Of a stretch of DNA of 64,000 bases, positions 30,001 to 38,873 are shown one piece after another. Origin of the DNA: Flavobacteriales bacterium UBA7325 (GTDB lineage Bacteria > Bacteroidota > Bacteroidia > Flavobacteriales_D > Crocinitomicaceae); the NCBI GenBank assembly GCA_002471375.1, contig DKPV01000085.1, forward strand, positions 1,347-65,346, read 5' to 3'. Position 1 is the first letter of the stretch. Every line of letters begins with the position of its first letter. Below the pieces are notes generated by a model. The model saw only the letters and a list, made by a program, of their open reading frames with translations. It made no database searches and had not been told where the DNA came from. Made by a program: the position numbers and the translations under genes.

Positions 30001-30427
30001 CGAGTAATAGATCGTTCCCTATGGCTTCTGTCAAATCAATGTCAAGCTCAGATTTGAGGTGGCTTACAAGAAATGGATTAAGGAAAAGCTTATCGTCACT
30101 ATAACTGAATGAATAGACGCCTGCGACTTTATCTAAAGTATAGTCTAACGCAGAGAGTAGAATGGGTGAATTTATTTCACTAGCTTGAACTTTCAACTTT
30201 ACATGGCCCAAGCAAACGCATAATGGATTTATTCCTGACTCCTTAGTTGTACTCAGAGCATCACCGATAATAGCTTTTGGAAAGACATCGGAAGAAATAG
30301 ATACAATTTCCTCAGTAAAGAAGAGCTTTTTATGATCACGATGAACATTGACCAACACATCATTAATGTTGAATTGGCTGCTTTCTTCAAGAAGCGTTAG
30401 AACACTATTTCTAAGTTCATTAGACAA
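27077..30427 (-). CDS. Upf1/DNA2-like superfamily 1B helicase with a DUF4011-like N-terminal domain
   Basis: 1116 aa. Walker A VVQGPPGTGKSQ at residues ~231-242 and motif II VVIFDEASQV at ~803-812, with a ~565-aa helical insert between them. IIAGDEHQMGP; motif V/VI-like ENVQGDECDQLVI and RLNVLLTRA. The N-terminal 200 aa resemble DUF4011 (INPLCVCLGHVKLK...SPILLSALDYTLDK). TTG start. Confidence 0.85.
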   Translation of the reverse strand: MSNELRNSVLTLLEESSQFNINDVLVNVHRDHKKLFFTEEIVSISSDVFPKAIIGDALSTTKESGINPLCVCLGHVKLKVQASEINSPILLSALDYTLDKVAGVYSFSYSDDKLFLNPFLVSHLKSELDIDLTEAIGNDLLLEDVIQFLKEKGLPAEKGSMVIGNFHHHRYQIIKELEELSKVPFYGNGLSSLFGLTKPEVDEVQFSSTHILPADSDHKKVFEAAAYNNLVVQGPPGTGKSQVLTNLIAKFLGASQRVVVISEKHAALNVIQKKLSDFDLDKLCYIASSDRMSRSFLMELKSTWDYFENFIPRPIKNLLLSEQYEDNLQMNLDLLLQENLIGGISFHDFLKQKKNENYSGKYFSSSPLISDFLNQENLIRKAYDLNIESSLGSIRKKVIDSDGFDSFDSKIRELISTIKRLQNDFDLTSWEDITKAMKKAVLCQVYDNEIYKKYQAIFKPDSKEQKSFIRLRKKYKKHHLSSVQNASGNKNQLSIDEARSLQAQLKSSSYWTKRKARKNWAKYSILPHTEAEQALVGIIKNQEDSAAYSQILIKLYDLGIESPELEIPQIQQTLGSFTEEQWLEFENIPKETRLKITSSHRELQNLYSALLNHFRFSDEQNILHYLEDLEVRIPKILSQKSALKFLGESMYKTFKVCDTFDTFRATVFSTNFAQFKERFPQFSEFDPADIRDKVNDIISVEKSEAKIESDKLLMSTYSKFTAYHKMLITPARKLSETDKELKRRLRRGKAILVKEFGKTRSHPSLRELYSSEAREWIQLLKPIWLSNPAQLSKCFPLEEGMFDVVIFDEASQVPLQNALGGIHRSKRIIIAGDEHQMGPSSYFKKGGSEPMDLLHQSSYHYKKCSLKHHYRSTHPDLIRFSNQHFYKGELKAFPGFDSGNRQAIQHHFIKDGRFINRRNEIEADAVVKHVSNLLKSNRSLGIVAFSEEQLTCIWERLTAMQQSKLTEHIEMYGGFFKALENVQGDECDQLVICFGYGQNEEAAFHMRFGPMGTSNGRQRLNVLLTRAMYSIDFFCSIRSSQFKLSDNESINLLRQWITFSENYSSAGTPSFPFELAPEIDGKKLTFSRIQETLPDSVELVTLQSTLENRGWEVCYD

Positions 30428-30517
30428 GCGCTAAAAATACTGAAGTTCGAGGAATGTTGGCAAGATAAGTTTTCAGGCAAACTCATTATTTATTAACATA
30501 CAGCTTCTGTTCGGAAG

Positions 30518-31030
30518 TTATTTCTTTTTAAACTCTTTACTGTCCCTATGAATCCCATCAGAGATTGTGAGTGTATATGCTCCTGAGGATAGCTTAGCGA
30601 TATTCAATTTCAAATCATTCAGCCCGATGCTTTCTGGCGAAAGAGTCTTTTGGACAACTACGCGTCCTTCTGAATCGGTAATTGACATGTTCATTTGATT
30701 TTTTTCAACCGCAAAGTAAATGATCTCGAGCTTCCTGCGTGGTTTTTTTGGGTAGATTGAAATATCAATGATGTTGGATCCATTCAATAGTACTTCTTGA
30801 TTATTGGATTGACCCTTGTGCAGATAGACTTTATATGCTCTGCTGCTTGCACTACTCAGGTTCTCTCCGTTTTCAAAGAAGATATTTTCATCTGTACTCT
30901 CAATTCCACCATAAATATATCCGACATGAGTCTTTTCAGTTGATAATGAATCTAACTGGAGAATTCCTATTTCATCTAAGATGTTTGCCGTAAAATTAGA
31001 AAATTTGATCTCAATCCTAAGTAACTCTGG
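30518..31030 (-). pseudogene. start-less remnant of a T9SS-secreted protein (C-terminal sorting domain only)
   Basis: The frame is open from 31030 (a stop lies at 31031-31033) to the stop at 30518. There is no ATG, GTG or TTG before the TTG at 30787. The C-terminus IDISIYPKKP...MSITDSEGRVVVQK...LSSGAYTLTISDG looks like a type A Por/T9SS CTD. Confidence 0.5.
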
Positions 31031-31101
31031 TTACTCAATTGTAAATCACTGGATGAATTTGGAAATCGAGCCTACATCCATCTATTGCAAGAGATTCTTA
31101 G

Positions 31102-31109
31102 TACATTTG
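31102..31109 (+). promoter_or_regulatory. -7 promoter motif TACATTTG
   Basis: Exact TAnnTTTG, 30 nt upstream of the ATG at 31139. It lies inside the track's 5' extension (31085), which argues for the shorter gene. Confidence 0.4.
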
Positions 31110-31138
31110 TTAATGAATTAATCAGTGCAATTGATTTT

Positions 31139-32278
31139 ATGAAATTCGGTACAAAAGCAATTCATGGAGGTCTCAAACCAGATGAATCTACAGGAGCAAT
31201 TATGACTCCGATTTATCAGACGTCTACCTATATCCAAGATGGAATAGGGAATAATAGAGGGTACGAATATTCGCGGACTCAAAATCCAACACGTCATGCA
31301 TTAGAGAAGAATATTGCTTCCATCGAAAACGGAAAACATGGTGCATGCTTTGGCTCAGGTTTGGCGGCAATTGATTGTATAATCAAAATGTTGAATCCTG
31401 GCGATGAAGTGATTTCTACCAACGATCTATACGGTGGAACCTTTAGACTTTTCACCTCGATTTTTGAGAAGTACGGCATTAAATTTCATTTTGTTGGCAT
31501 GAATGATACTTCTGCCGTAAAAGCGGAAGTAAACGCACGTACCAAGCTGATTTGGGTTGAGACACCTACTAATCCAATGATGAACCTAGTTGATATTGAA
31601 GCAATGGCTGACGTTGCTAAATCTGCAGGAGCTTTATTGGCTGTGGATAATACTTTTGCTACTCCATACCTGCAAAATCCATTGGACTTAGGTGCAGATC
31701 TCGTAATGCATTCCGTAACAAAGTATCTAGGAGGGCATTCCGATGTTGTTATGGGAGCACTTGTAACTTCGGATGATATAATCGCTAAAGAAATTTATCG
31801 AATTCAAAATTCTTCGGGAGCAGTAACTGCTCCTATGGATTGCTTTCTTGTGCTTAGAGGGATTAAGACATTACATCTTAGAATGGACTGTCACTGCTCT
31901 AATGGTGAAAGGGTAGCAAAGTACCTGGCAAGCCATCCTAAAGTTGATAAGGTATATTGGCCTGGATTTGAAGATCACCCTAACCATGACATTGCACTCA
32001 AACAGATGCGCGGCTTCGGTGGGATGATTTCTTTTAGTCTAATCGGTGATAGATTAGATGATGCGCATGAAGTTGTTAGTAAAACTAAGGTGTTCGCGCT
32101 CGCAGAATCATTGGGAGGCGTAGAATCTCTTATTGGTCATCCTGCCACGATGACTCATGGAGCGATACCAAAAGAGGAACGGATTAAAATTGGAATATCA
32201 GATTCACTCATCCGATTAAGTGTGGGAGTGGAGGATATTGAAGATATAATTGATGATTTGAAACAAGCGCTAGCTTAA
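31139..32278 (+). CDS. trans-sulfuration PLP enzyme (cystathionine gamma-synthase / beta- or gamma-lyase family)
   Basis: MKFGTKAIHGG..., with the PLP lysine context SVTKYLGGHSD. Full-length Cys/Met-metabolism PLP family similarity. Confidence 0.92.
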   Translation: MKFGTKAIHGGLKPDESTGAIMTPIYQTSTYIQDGIGNNRGYEYSRTQNPTRHALEKNIASIENGKHGACFGSGLAAIDCIIKMLNPGDEVISTNDLYGGTFRLFTSIFEKYGIKFHFVGMNDTSAVKAEVNARTKLIWVETPTNPMMNLVDIEAMADVAKSAGALLAVDNTFATPYLQNPLDLGADLVMHSVTKYLGGHSDVVMGALVTSDDIIAKEIYRIQNSSGAVTAPMDCFLVLRGIKTLHLRMDCHCSNGERVAKYLASHPKVDKVYWPGFEDHPNHDIALKQMRGFGGMISFSLIGDRLDDAHEVVSKTKVFALAESLGGVESLIGHPATMTHGAIPKEERIKIGISDSLIRLSVGVEDIEDIIDDLKQALA

Positions 32279-32288
32279 ACAGAGATAT

Positions 32289-32990
32289 ATGCATTACAAC
32301 AAATTTGCAGTTATAGGTGTTGGTCGTTATGGTGAGACAATTGCTAGGAGACTTTCTGAAAAGGGAGCTCAAGTCTTCGCCTTTGACCCTGATGAAGAAA
32401 AAATTGAGAACATTAAAGATGAGGTGGCTTGTGCAGTTACACTGGACGCAACAGATGTTCGTGCGTTAAAGGCTCAAAACCTTGGAGAACTTGATGCGGC
32501 AGTTGTTGCTATCGGTGAAAATTTTGAGGCGACCGTATTAACGTGTGTTCACTTGATGGACATGAAAGTTAAGCGAATCATCGCAAGAGCAAGCGGATAC
32601 CAACAAAGATTGATTCTCGAAAAAATAGGAATCACGGAGATTTTAACACCTGAAGACGAGGTTGCTTATGTCGTTCGTGAGAAGCTATTGAATCCAAATA
32701 TCGTTTCATTTTTAGCACTTCCAGATGATCATGAAATTGCGGAAATACGGGCACCAAAAGGTGTCGTTGGTCGACCTATTGAAGAAGTTGGTTTCCGAAA
32801 TAAGTACGAGATGACATTGATTACAATTAAACGAGAGTATGATGTCGTAAAGAATGGTGAAGAATGTAAGGAGGAACATATCATGGGGGTTCCTAAAAGT
32901 GACACGATAATTCAAGAAAAAGATACCTTAGTCGTTTTTGGAGCAGCAAAGAGCGTTGAGCGATTTATCGATATTAACGAGGCACTTTAA
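32289..32990 (+). CDS. TrkA/KtrA-type potassium transport regulatory protein (RCK N and C domains)
   Basis: Rossmann N-terminus FAVIGVGRYGETIARRL and a C-terminal RCK_C-like segment (IAEIRAPKGVVGRPIEEV). Confidence 0.85.
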   Translation: MHYNKFAVIGVGRYGETIARRLSEKGAQVFAFDPDEEKIENIKDEVACAVTLDATDVRALKAQNLGELDAAVVAIGENFEATVLTCVHLMDMKVKRIIARASGYQQRLILEKIGITEILTPEDEVAYVVREKLLNPNIVSFLALPDDHEIAEIRAPKGVVGRPIEEVGFRNKYEMTLITIKREYDVVKNGEECKEEHIMGVPKSDTIIQEKDTLVVFGAAKSVERFIDINEAL

Positions 32991-33694
32991 TGGTAATAAT
33001 CACGGGCGTTTCACGAGGACTAGGCAAGGCGATTGCTGAGAAATTTCTGGCTAAAGGTGATTATGTGCATGGAATTGGTCGTTCAACGGACCTAGAGCAT
33101 CCTTGCTTCACTTTTTCCAAATGTGATCTATCAAATTTGGACGAAATACGTGAACTTAAATTTGATGTTTTATCTGGCCCAGTTACACTTATTAATAACG
33201 CCGGAATAATAGGGGAAATTAAACAGATGAGTAAGCAGCAGCCGCTTAACATTGACGAAGTCTTTACTGTGAATGTCTCGGCTCCCGCTATCATAACGAA
33301 TCATGTTTATCAGCAGTGTCTGGATAAAGGGAAGTTTACACTCGTAAATATTAGTTCTGGTGCTGCAAGACGAGCAATTCCGTCATGGGCTTCTTACTGT
33401 GCATCGAAGGCAGCATTGAATATGCTGAGTGAAACCTTCTTCTTAGAAGAACGGGAATTAGGCAATGATATCAAAGTATTTGCGGTTTCCCCGGGAGTGA
33501 TGGATACTGGAATGCAAGAACAAATAAGAGCTACACGCGTGGAAGATTTTTCTACGGTCGAAGTTTTTCGTCATCGCAAGGAGACAGATGACATGCTTTC
33601 ACCAAGCGAGGCAGCGGATCGAGTCATGGTTCTGCTTGATCGGGATTATAATGAGCAAGTACTAGTTAGCTTGGCTGATATAGCCGCAGAATAA
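32990..33694 (+). CDS. short-chain dehydrogenase/reductase (SDR) family oxidoreductase
   Basis: ITGVSRGLGKAIA cofactor motif, NNAG, and catalytic YCASKAA. The start overlaps the upstream stop (TAATG). Confidence 0.9.
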   Translation: MVIITGVSRGLGKAIAEKFLAKGDYVHGIGRSTDLEHPCFTFSKCDLSNLDEIRELKFDVLSGPVTLINNAGIIGEIKQMSKQQPLNIDEVFTVNVSAPAIITNHVYQQCLDKGKFTLVNISSGAARRAIPSWASYCASKAALNMLSETFFLEERELGNDIKVFAVSPGVMDTGMQEQIRATRVEDFSTVEVFRHRKETDDMLSPSEAADRVMVLLDRDYNEQVLVSLADIAAE

Positions 33695-33805
33695 ATAGAT
33701 CACCGCCTTCAATCCTGATAACAGACCGTTCAATTATATTGGTTTGGTTTTGCGCGAGTTACTTAGTATCTTGACAGTCTTATTGAACCCAGATTAAATT
33801 AAACT

Positions 33806-35959
33806 ATGAAGAAAACTATACTCTCCGCGTTTGGCGTATTGGCATTTGCCGTGTCCGCATTCTCTCAAACGACTGGAAATTGGTGTGGAAGTGACCACAT
33901 TATCCAGAAACAAATCGAAGCAGACCCGAATTTTAGATCTGTAATTCATAACAGTATGATGAATGCTGCTGAATCTCGAACTGATAACGCCGGTAACAGA
34001 GCGACGTTAGTCGTTCCAGTTGTTTTTCATATCATTCACGATAATGGTGTTGGGAATGTTTCGCAAGCTCAAATTCAAGATGCTCTTGATGAGTTGAACA
34101 TCGATTATAATAGATGGAATCCTGATACCACCAACACTCGTAATACTGCCGAGGCTCCATTCTCTCCAATTGCTGGTGGAATGGATATTGAATTCAAACT
34201 GGCGAAGATTGATGAGAGCGGTGATTGTACTAACGGGATTCTCCGTGTTAACGCTCCTTCACTTACATACGATGCAGGCGAAGATTGTAAAGACTCAAAT
34301 TCAGGAGGTTCGGATCAATGGGATCGAAGTAAATACTTTAATATTTGGGTAGTGAATTCTATTGCGAATTCTTCTGGGGGTGCCGGGATTACGCTCGGTT
34401 ATGCATACCTTCCTTATGGAGGAGCTGGTGGTGATGGATATGGAGTACTTATCCGCCATGATTGGCTAGGAACAATTGAAACTGCTGCTGGTGGTGATGG
34501 TGCTACCTTAACTCACGAGGTTGGACACTCTTTGGGATTAAGTCATATTTTTAACGCTGGATGGGGTGCAAGTGATGGATGCCATACAGGTAACTGTAAT
34601 TCAAATGGTGATTATTGCTGTGATACGCCTACTCAACTTGATGCGAATTTCAGCTGTAATTCGACGTGGAACTCCTGTACTTCGGTGCCAGCAGGTGATT
34701 CATATGGCTTTGACACTTATGATCAGATTGAAAATTATATGAGTTACAACTCTTGTCAAAATATGTTTTCTAATGATCAGGTAGGAATCATGGAGTTCAA
34801 CTTCTCAGATATCAACTTTCTCGCAAATCTTGTGAGTGGCTCGAATGCAGTTGCTACTGGGGTGAACCTCCCAGATGTACTATGTAAGGCGGAGTTTTCA
34901 GGCGACCAATTGACAATTTGTGCTGGTGAAACTGTAACTTTTAGTGATCTTTCTTACAATATGGTAAACGGATGGACTTGGTCTTTCACAGGAGGTACGC
35001 CGAGTATTTCTTCTGATCAGAATCCAACGATTCAATACAACACTCAGGGGTTGTATGAGGTAACATTGACCGCTACTGATGGATCCAACACAGACGTGGA
35101 GACTAAAACTGCTTACATTAGAGTACTTCCAGCTCCATCACCGCTTCCTTTTATTGAAAGCTTCGAATCATATTCTACATTGAATGGAATTGATGAGTGG
35201 GAGGTATATAATCCGACTGGAGATGGATACGAACTTCACGTTGGGACGGGCTACACTGGCAACCAATGTGCGAAGTTGGGGAACTTTGGCGAGAGCGCTG
35301 GTAATTCAGATGAGTTGATCTCCTCTCCAATTGCTTTAGGTGGGATTTCTACCGAAGTTACTTTAAGCTTTAGATACTCTTACAAAAAGCGTTATAGTTC
35401 GAACGATGAATGGTTAAAAGTATTTATCACTGGTGATTGTGGAGGTGACTGGGTACAACGTAAAACAATTCATGGTAGTATTCTTTCTCCAGATGCTCAA
35501 AACTCAACATGGACACCATCTGAGCAATGGGATTGGACAACAGTTCACATGTCTAACGTTACAAGTGCATATTGGACGGATAAATTCCGGGTGAAGTTTG
35601 AATTCGAATCTGATGGTGGAAATAACTTCTATTTGGATGATATCAACATTTATTCTGGACCACCATCTGATCAGATTGTCGTAGGATTGAATGAGGCAGA
35701 TTTCAAGTTAGAAGCAGTTTCTGTTTATCCGAACCCGACTGACAACGAATTAAACGTACGATTCACAATCCCGAATTCAGCAACAACCGACATTTATGTT
35801 CAGGACGTTTCTGGGAAGATAGTTGAACAATCATCCGTGGCTGGAGCTGCTGGTTCAAACTGGGTCATGATGAATACTTCTGAGTTGGCAACTGGTATGT
35901 ACTTCTTAAAAGTGCAAGTAGGTGATGCTCAAAAGACGGTTCAGTTTATAGTTAAATAA
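33806..35959 (+). CDS. secreted M43-family zinc metalloprotease with a PKD-like domain and T9SS C-terminal sorting domain
   Basis: Signal peptide, HEVGHSLGLSHIF zinc site, and a Cys-rich M43 region. PKD-like FSDLS...WTWSFTGGTPSISSDQNPTIQYNTQGLYEVTLTATDG. CTD VSVYPNPTDNELNVRF...GMYFLKVQVGDAQKTVQFIVK. Confidence 0.85.
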   Translation: MKKTILSAFGVLAFAVSAFSQTTGNWCGSDHIIQKQIEADPNFRSVIHNSMMNAAESRTDNAGNRATLVVPVVFHIIHDNGVGNVSQAQIQDALDELNIDYNRWNPDTTNTRNTAEAPFSPIAGGMDIEFKLAKIDESGDCTNGILRVNAPSLTYDAGEDCKDSNSGGSDQWDRSKYFNIWVVNSIANSSGGAGITLGYAYLPYGGAGGDGYGVLIRHDWLGTIETAAGGDGATLTHEVGHSLGLSHIFNAGWGASDGCHTGNCNSNGDYCCDTPTQLDANFSCNSTWNSCTSVPAGDSYGFDTYDQIENYMSYNSCQNMFSNDQVGIMEFNFSDINFLANLVSGSNAVATGVNLPDVLCKAEFSGDQLTICAGETVTFSDLSYNMVNGWTWSFTGGTPSISSDQNPTIQYNTQGLYEVTLTATDGSNTDVETKTAYIRVLPAPSPLPFIESFESYSTLNGIDEWEVYNPTGDGYELHVGTGYTGNQCAKLGNFGESAGNSDELISSPIALGGISTEVTLSFRYSYKKRYSSNDEWLKVFITGDCGGDWVQRKTIHGSILSPDAQNSTWTPSEQWDWTTVHMSNVTSAYWTDKFRVKFEFESDGGNNFYLDDINIYSGPPSDQIVVGLNEADFKLEAVSVYPNPTDNELNVRFTIPNSATTDIYVQDVSGKIVEQSSVAGAAGSNWVMMNTSELATGMYFLKVQVGDAQKTVQFIVK

Positions 35960-36017
35960 TCCGATGCGCTAGCATCAAGATAATGAGCGGAAGCTCTACC
36001 TAAAAAACATATTTGGA

Positions 36018-36049
36018 AGATCTTCTCAGAAATGGGGAGGTCTTTTTTT
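36018..36049 (+). terminator. rho-independent terminator after the M43 protease gene
   Basis: AGAUCUUCUC (36018-36027) pairs with GGGGAGGUCU (36034-36043), giving 10 bp including 3 G-U pairs, followed by a T7 run. It abuts the hemD stop on the other strand. Confidence 0.55.
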
Positions 36050-36701
36050 ATGCAATTAGTCGCAGTAATTCCTCGATAGAAGAATTCTTGAGTGTTTGGT
36101 CTACAGCTATATTTCGATCCTTTAGGGCTTTTTCTGTACTCTTACCCCAAGCGATTACATGACATGAAGTTGGAAGCGCATTCTCAAGTAAGAATCCTTC
36201 AAGGTTACTTGGACTCGTGAACACGTAAGAATCACATTCGGGTATTTCTTTCTCAACTAATATTGTTCGGTAGACGATCACTTCTTCTTTTTGATCAACA
36301 GGAAAGACACGAGATATTGATTTCAGTGACCTGCTAGAGAGTGGGAAAAGCACATTGCGATTTCCGCACCAACTCTTAAATTTTGAAGCTACCTCTGAAG
36401 GGTTTCCGCTATTTGTACCTGTGAAGTTTGGAGTATATCCAAGCTCTTTTAGTAGCTCGGAAGTTTTCCCGCCAATACAGGCAATTGCTTTAGCGTTTCC
36501 AATATCGTTGGTTGCAGAATAGAAAATGACCGACCGTTTGCTTCCGAAGAAAATGACGTCTACTTCATTCTCAATTTCAAATTTCTCGGCCTCAAAGGAA
36601 ATTAGTGATTCAGAGACGAGTTCAATTTTTGCCTTAGCTAATTCGGCGCGTATAGCTGTTACCTCATGATCTGCTTTTGATATGAAGATCCGTTTAGTCA
36701 A
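36048..36701 (-). CDS. hemD: uroporphyrinogen-III synthase
   Basis: 217 aa with the two-lobe HEM4-like pattern, located immediately downstream of hemC with an 8-nt overlap. TTG start. The family is weakly conserved, so the call leans on context. Confidence 0.75.
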   Translation of the reverse strand: MTKRIFISKADHEVTAIRAELAKAKIELVSESLISFEAEKFEIENEVDVIFFGSKRSVIFYSATNDIGNAKAIACIGGKTSELLKELGYTPNFTGTNSGNPSEVASKFKSWCGNRNVLFPLSSRSLKSISRVFPVDQKEEVIVYRTILVEKEIPECDSYVFTSPSNLEGFLLENALPTSCHVIAWGKSTEKALKDRNIAVDQTLKNSSIEELLRLIA

Positions 36702-37590
36702 CTCTTACGGATTGTAAATCCTCAATCACTTTTTCAGCCATGCCTTCAAATGATTCTACCTTGTACTTAAGAAATGTACTTTGCTCGCCAGTTTTAGGGG
36801 CAAATGAGACAAACAACTCATTCTCTGGTGTGCAATATGCTCCTAATGGCAATTGACATCCACCTTCCAATAAGTTTAATATCTTTCTTTCTAGGCCAAT
36901 TTTTTGAGCTACCTCAGGATAATTCATTTTGTCTAAAATGTTCTCCATTCTTTGATCTTCTGATCGAATTTGCAATCCAAGAACACCTTGTGCAGGAGCA
37001 GGAACAAATTCGGTTGGATCGAGGACAATCGTCACAAATTCAGACAAATCAAGTTCTAGACGATCCACTCCTGCTTTAGCAAGAACGATAGCATCGTAAT
37101 TTCCTTGGCGCAATTTATCAATTCTAGTAGGTACGTTTCCTCTGAGATCGTTTATCGCTAAATCCGCTCTGTAATGCGTCAGAAGAGTTTTTCTTCGTGC
37201 GGAAGAAGTTCCAACAATGGCATTTTTCTTGAGCGTCCATTTTTCTGATCCCTGAATTGCTTCAGGTCGAATCAGGAGAATGTCAGCAGGATTTGCACGC
37301 TTTGAAACACATGCAATTTTAAGACCTTCAGGAGGATTTGTTTCCAGGTCTTTGTGCGAGTGAACGGCTAAATCAATTTCGCTTGAAATTAATGAATCTT
37401 CAATTTCTTTTGTAAAGAAACCCTTCCCTTCCAGCTTGTCGAAGCTAAGGTGTTGGATCTTATCACCCTGAGTCTTGATTATTTTAATTTCTACAGTGCA
37501 GTCGAGCTTTTCTAATTCGCTTTTAACGAAATAAGCTTGCCAAAGAGCAAGGTCGCTACCGCGAGAACCTATAGTTACGTGTTGTTTCAA
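36694..37590 (-). CDS. hemC: hydroxymethylbilane synthase (porphobilinogen deaminase)
   Basis: IGSRGS.LALWQA, LRGNVPTRIDKL, and the dipyrromethane cysteine context GGCQLPLGAY. The TTG start overlaps the hemA stop. Confidence 0.95.
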   Translation of the reverse strand: MKQHVTIGSRGSDLALWQAYFVKSELEKLDCTVEIKIIKTQGDKIQHLSFDKLEGKGFFTKEIEDSLISSEIDLAVHSHKDLETNPPEGLKIACVSKRANPADILLIRPEAIQGSEKWTLKKNAIVGTSSARRKTLLTHYRADLAINDLRGNVPTRIDKLRQGNYDAIVLAKAGVDRLELDLSEFVTIVLDPTEFVPAPAQGVLGLQIRSEDQRMENILDKMNYPEVAQKIGLERKILNLLEGGCQLPLGAYCTPENELFVSFAPKTGEQSTFLKYKVESFEGMAEKVIEDLQSVRVD

Positions 37591-38873
37591 AGTCGCTGTT
37601 TTAGCAGTATTTCTTTCGCCATCAACATAGGCATGCTGATGTATTTTTTCTCCATGTAATGAAGAATGTTTTCAAGTACTTCACGCGCTTCATCATCTAA
37701 ATTTGATAAGTCCTGCTTGAATACTTCATTCAATGCAGCGTGCTTGATCTCTTTAACTTTTGAAGGGACTTCTCTCATCGCAAGCTCTACAGAGCGTTCC
37801 TTGTAAAGAGCCTTAAAGTCGAATATAGCTTCAGAAATGATCTCATGTACATGAGTAACTTCTGCTGAACGCGCTTTCAAGTTCTCATTTGATATTTTCT
37901 GAAGTTCTTCAACGGAGATATGATGAACATTATGCGCCTCTTTGATTTGAGGAGATAAATCTTGTGGAATAGCAATATCAATAACCACTTTACGGTCTGA
38001 TTCGGCACGCTCTAATTGCCTATATATTTCAGGTGTTAGAATATGTCTTTCAGCGGCAGTACATGTAATGATGACATCAAACCCTTTCTCAAAATTAATT
38101 AGAGACTTCAATGGGTGTGCATTTCCGCCTAGATCGCTGGCTAACTGCTCGGCTTTTTCCAACGTGCGGTTAAACACATCAAAGTTGGTGAAGCCATGCT
38201 TCTTCAAGAAACGACCCATATTTGTGTTCGTTACTCCGGCACCAATAATCAGTATACGAGAATCCAAAGGGATATTCATATCGCGTAATTGATGGTAAGC
38301 CAAAGAAACTACAGAAACAGGTCTTCTGGCAATGTTAGTCTCAGTATATACTTTTTTCGCTGTTTCAATTGTGTGACGCATCATTAAGCGCAATACATCT
38401 CCTGAAAGCTCATTGGCTTTGGCGGAATCGTAGGCGTTTCTAACTTGTGTTATGATTTCCCGCTCACCTACAACCATTGATTTTACCGAGGAGGCTACCG
38501 AAAGTTGGTGATGAACTGCATCAATACCGTTAAAAACATCAGCGCTCTCAACGAATTGATCTTTCATTTTCTTATCCAAAGAAGGATAGAGAGAATCAAT
38601 GAACATAGAGATGAATTCCGCATCAACGGTTTTTTCCGTTACTAAAGCAAATTCTATTCGGTTACAAGTAGTAAGATACATGATCTCCGTGATGCCTATA
38701 TAATCTTTCAGTTCAGTAAGTCGTGACTTCTGATTTTCCGGATCAATATGAAGGCATCCAATATCATTCACAGAGAAATTTCTGTGGGTAAAAGCGATGA
38801 TATATAAGCTCTTGAGCCCTTTGTTATTTGTCACTAATACAAAGATGATTAGAACATCCTTATTTTGTGTCAT
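37587..38873 (-). CDS. hemA: glutamyl-tRNA reductase
   Basis: Active-site context TCNRIEF and NADPH Rossmann ILIIGAGVTN. The start is ambiguous: ATG 38873, or in-frame GTG 38834, which would give a more typical N-terminus. Confidence 0.9.
   Translation of the reverse strand: MTQNKDVLIIFVLVTNNKGLKSLYIIAFTHRNFSVNDIGCLHIDPENQKSRLTELKDYIGITEIMYLTTCNRIEFALVTEKTVDAEFISMFIDSLYPSLDKKMKDQFVESADVFNGIDAVHHQLSVASSVKSMVVGEREIITQVRNAYDSAKANELSGDVLRLMMRHTIETAKKVYTETNIARRPVSVVSLAYHQLRDMNIPLDSRILIIGAGVTNTNMGRFLKKHGFTNFDVFNRTLEKAEQLASDLGGNAHPLKSLINFEKGFDVIITCTAAERHILTPEIYRQLERAESDRKVVIDIAIPQDLSPQIKEAHNVHHISVEELQKISNENLKARSAEVTHVHEIISEAIFDFKALYKERSVELAMREVPSKVKEIKHAALNEVFKQDLSNLDDEAREVLENILHYMEKKYISMPMLMAKEILLKQRL

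Noticed and set aside
27077-30427. Assigning the helicase to a named defence system (Mokosh type II, Nhi, Hachiman)
   Set aside because: I could not find a PLD HxK(x)4D motif, a convincing PD-(D/E)xK nuclease motif, or a partner gene. The assignment would be guesswork without HMM searches.
31031-31138. Possible SAM or other riboswitch upstream of the trans-sulfuration gene
   Set aside because: Only ~30 nt lie between the -7 promoter box (31102-31109) and the ATG. The short GTAAC-TCTG-GTTAC hairpin at ~31021-31034 lies upstream of the promoter. There is no room for an aptamer.
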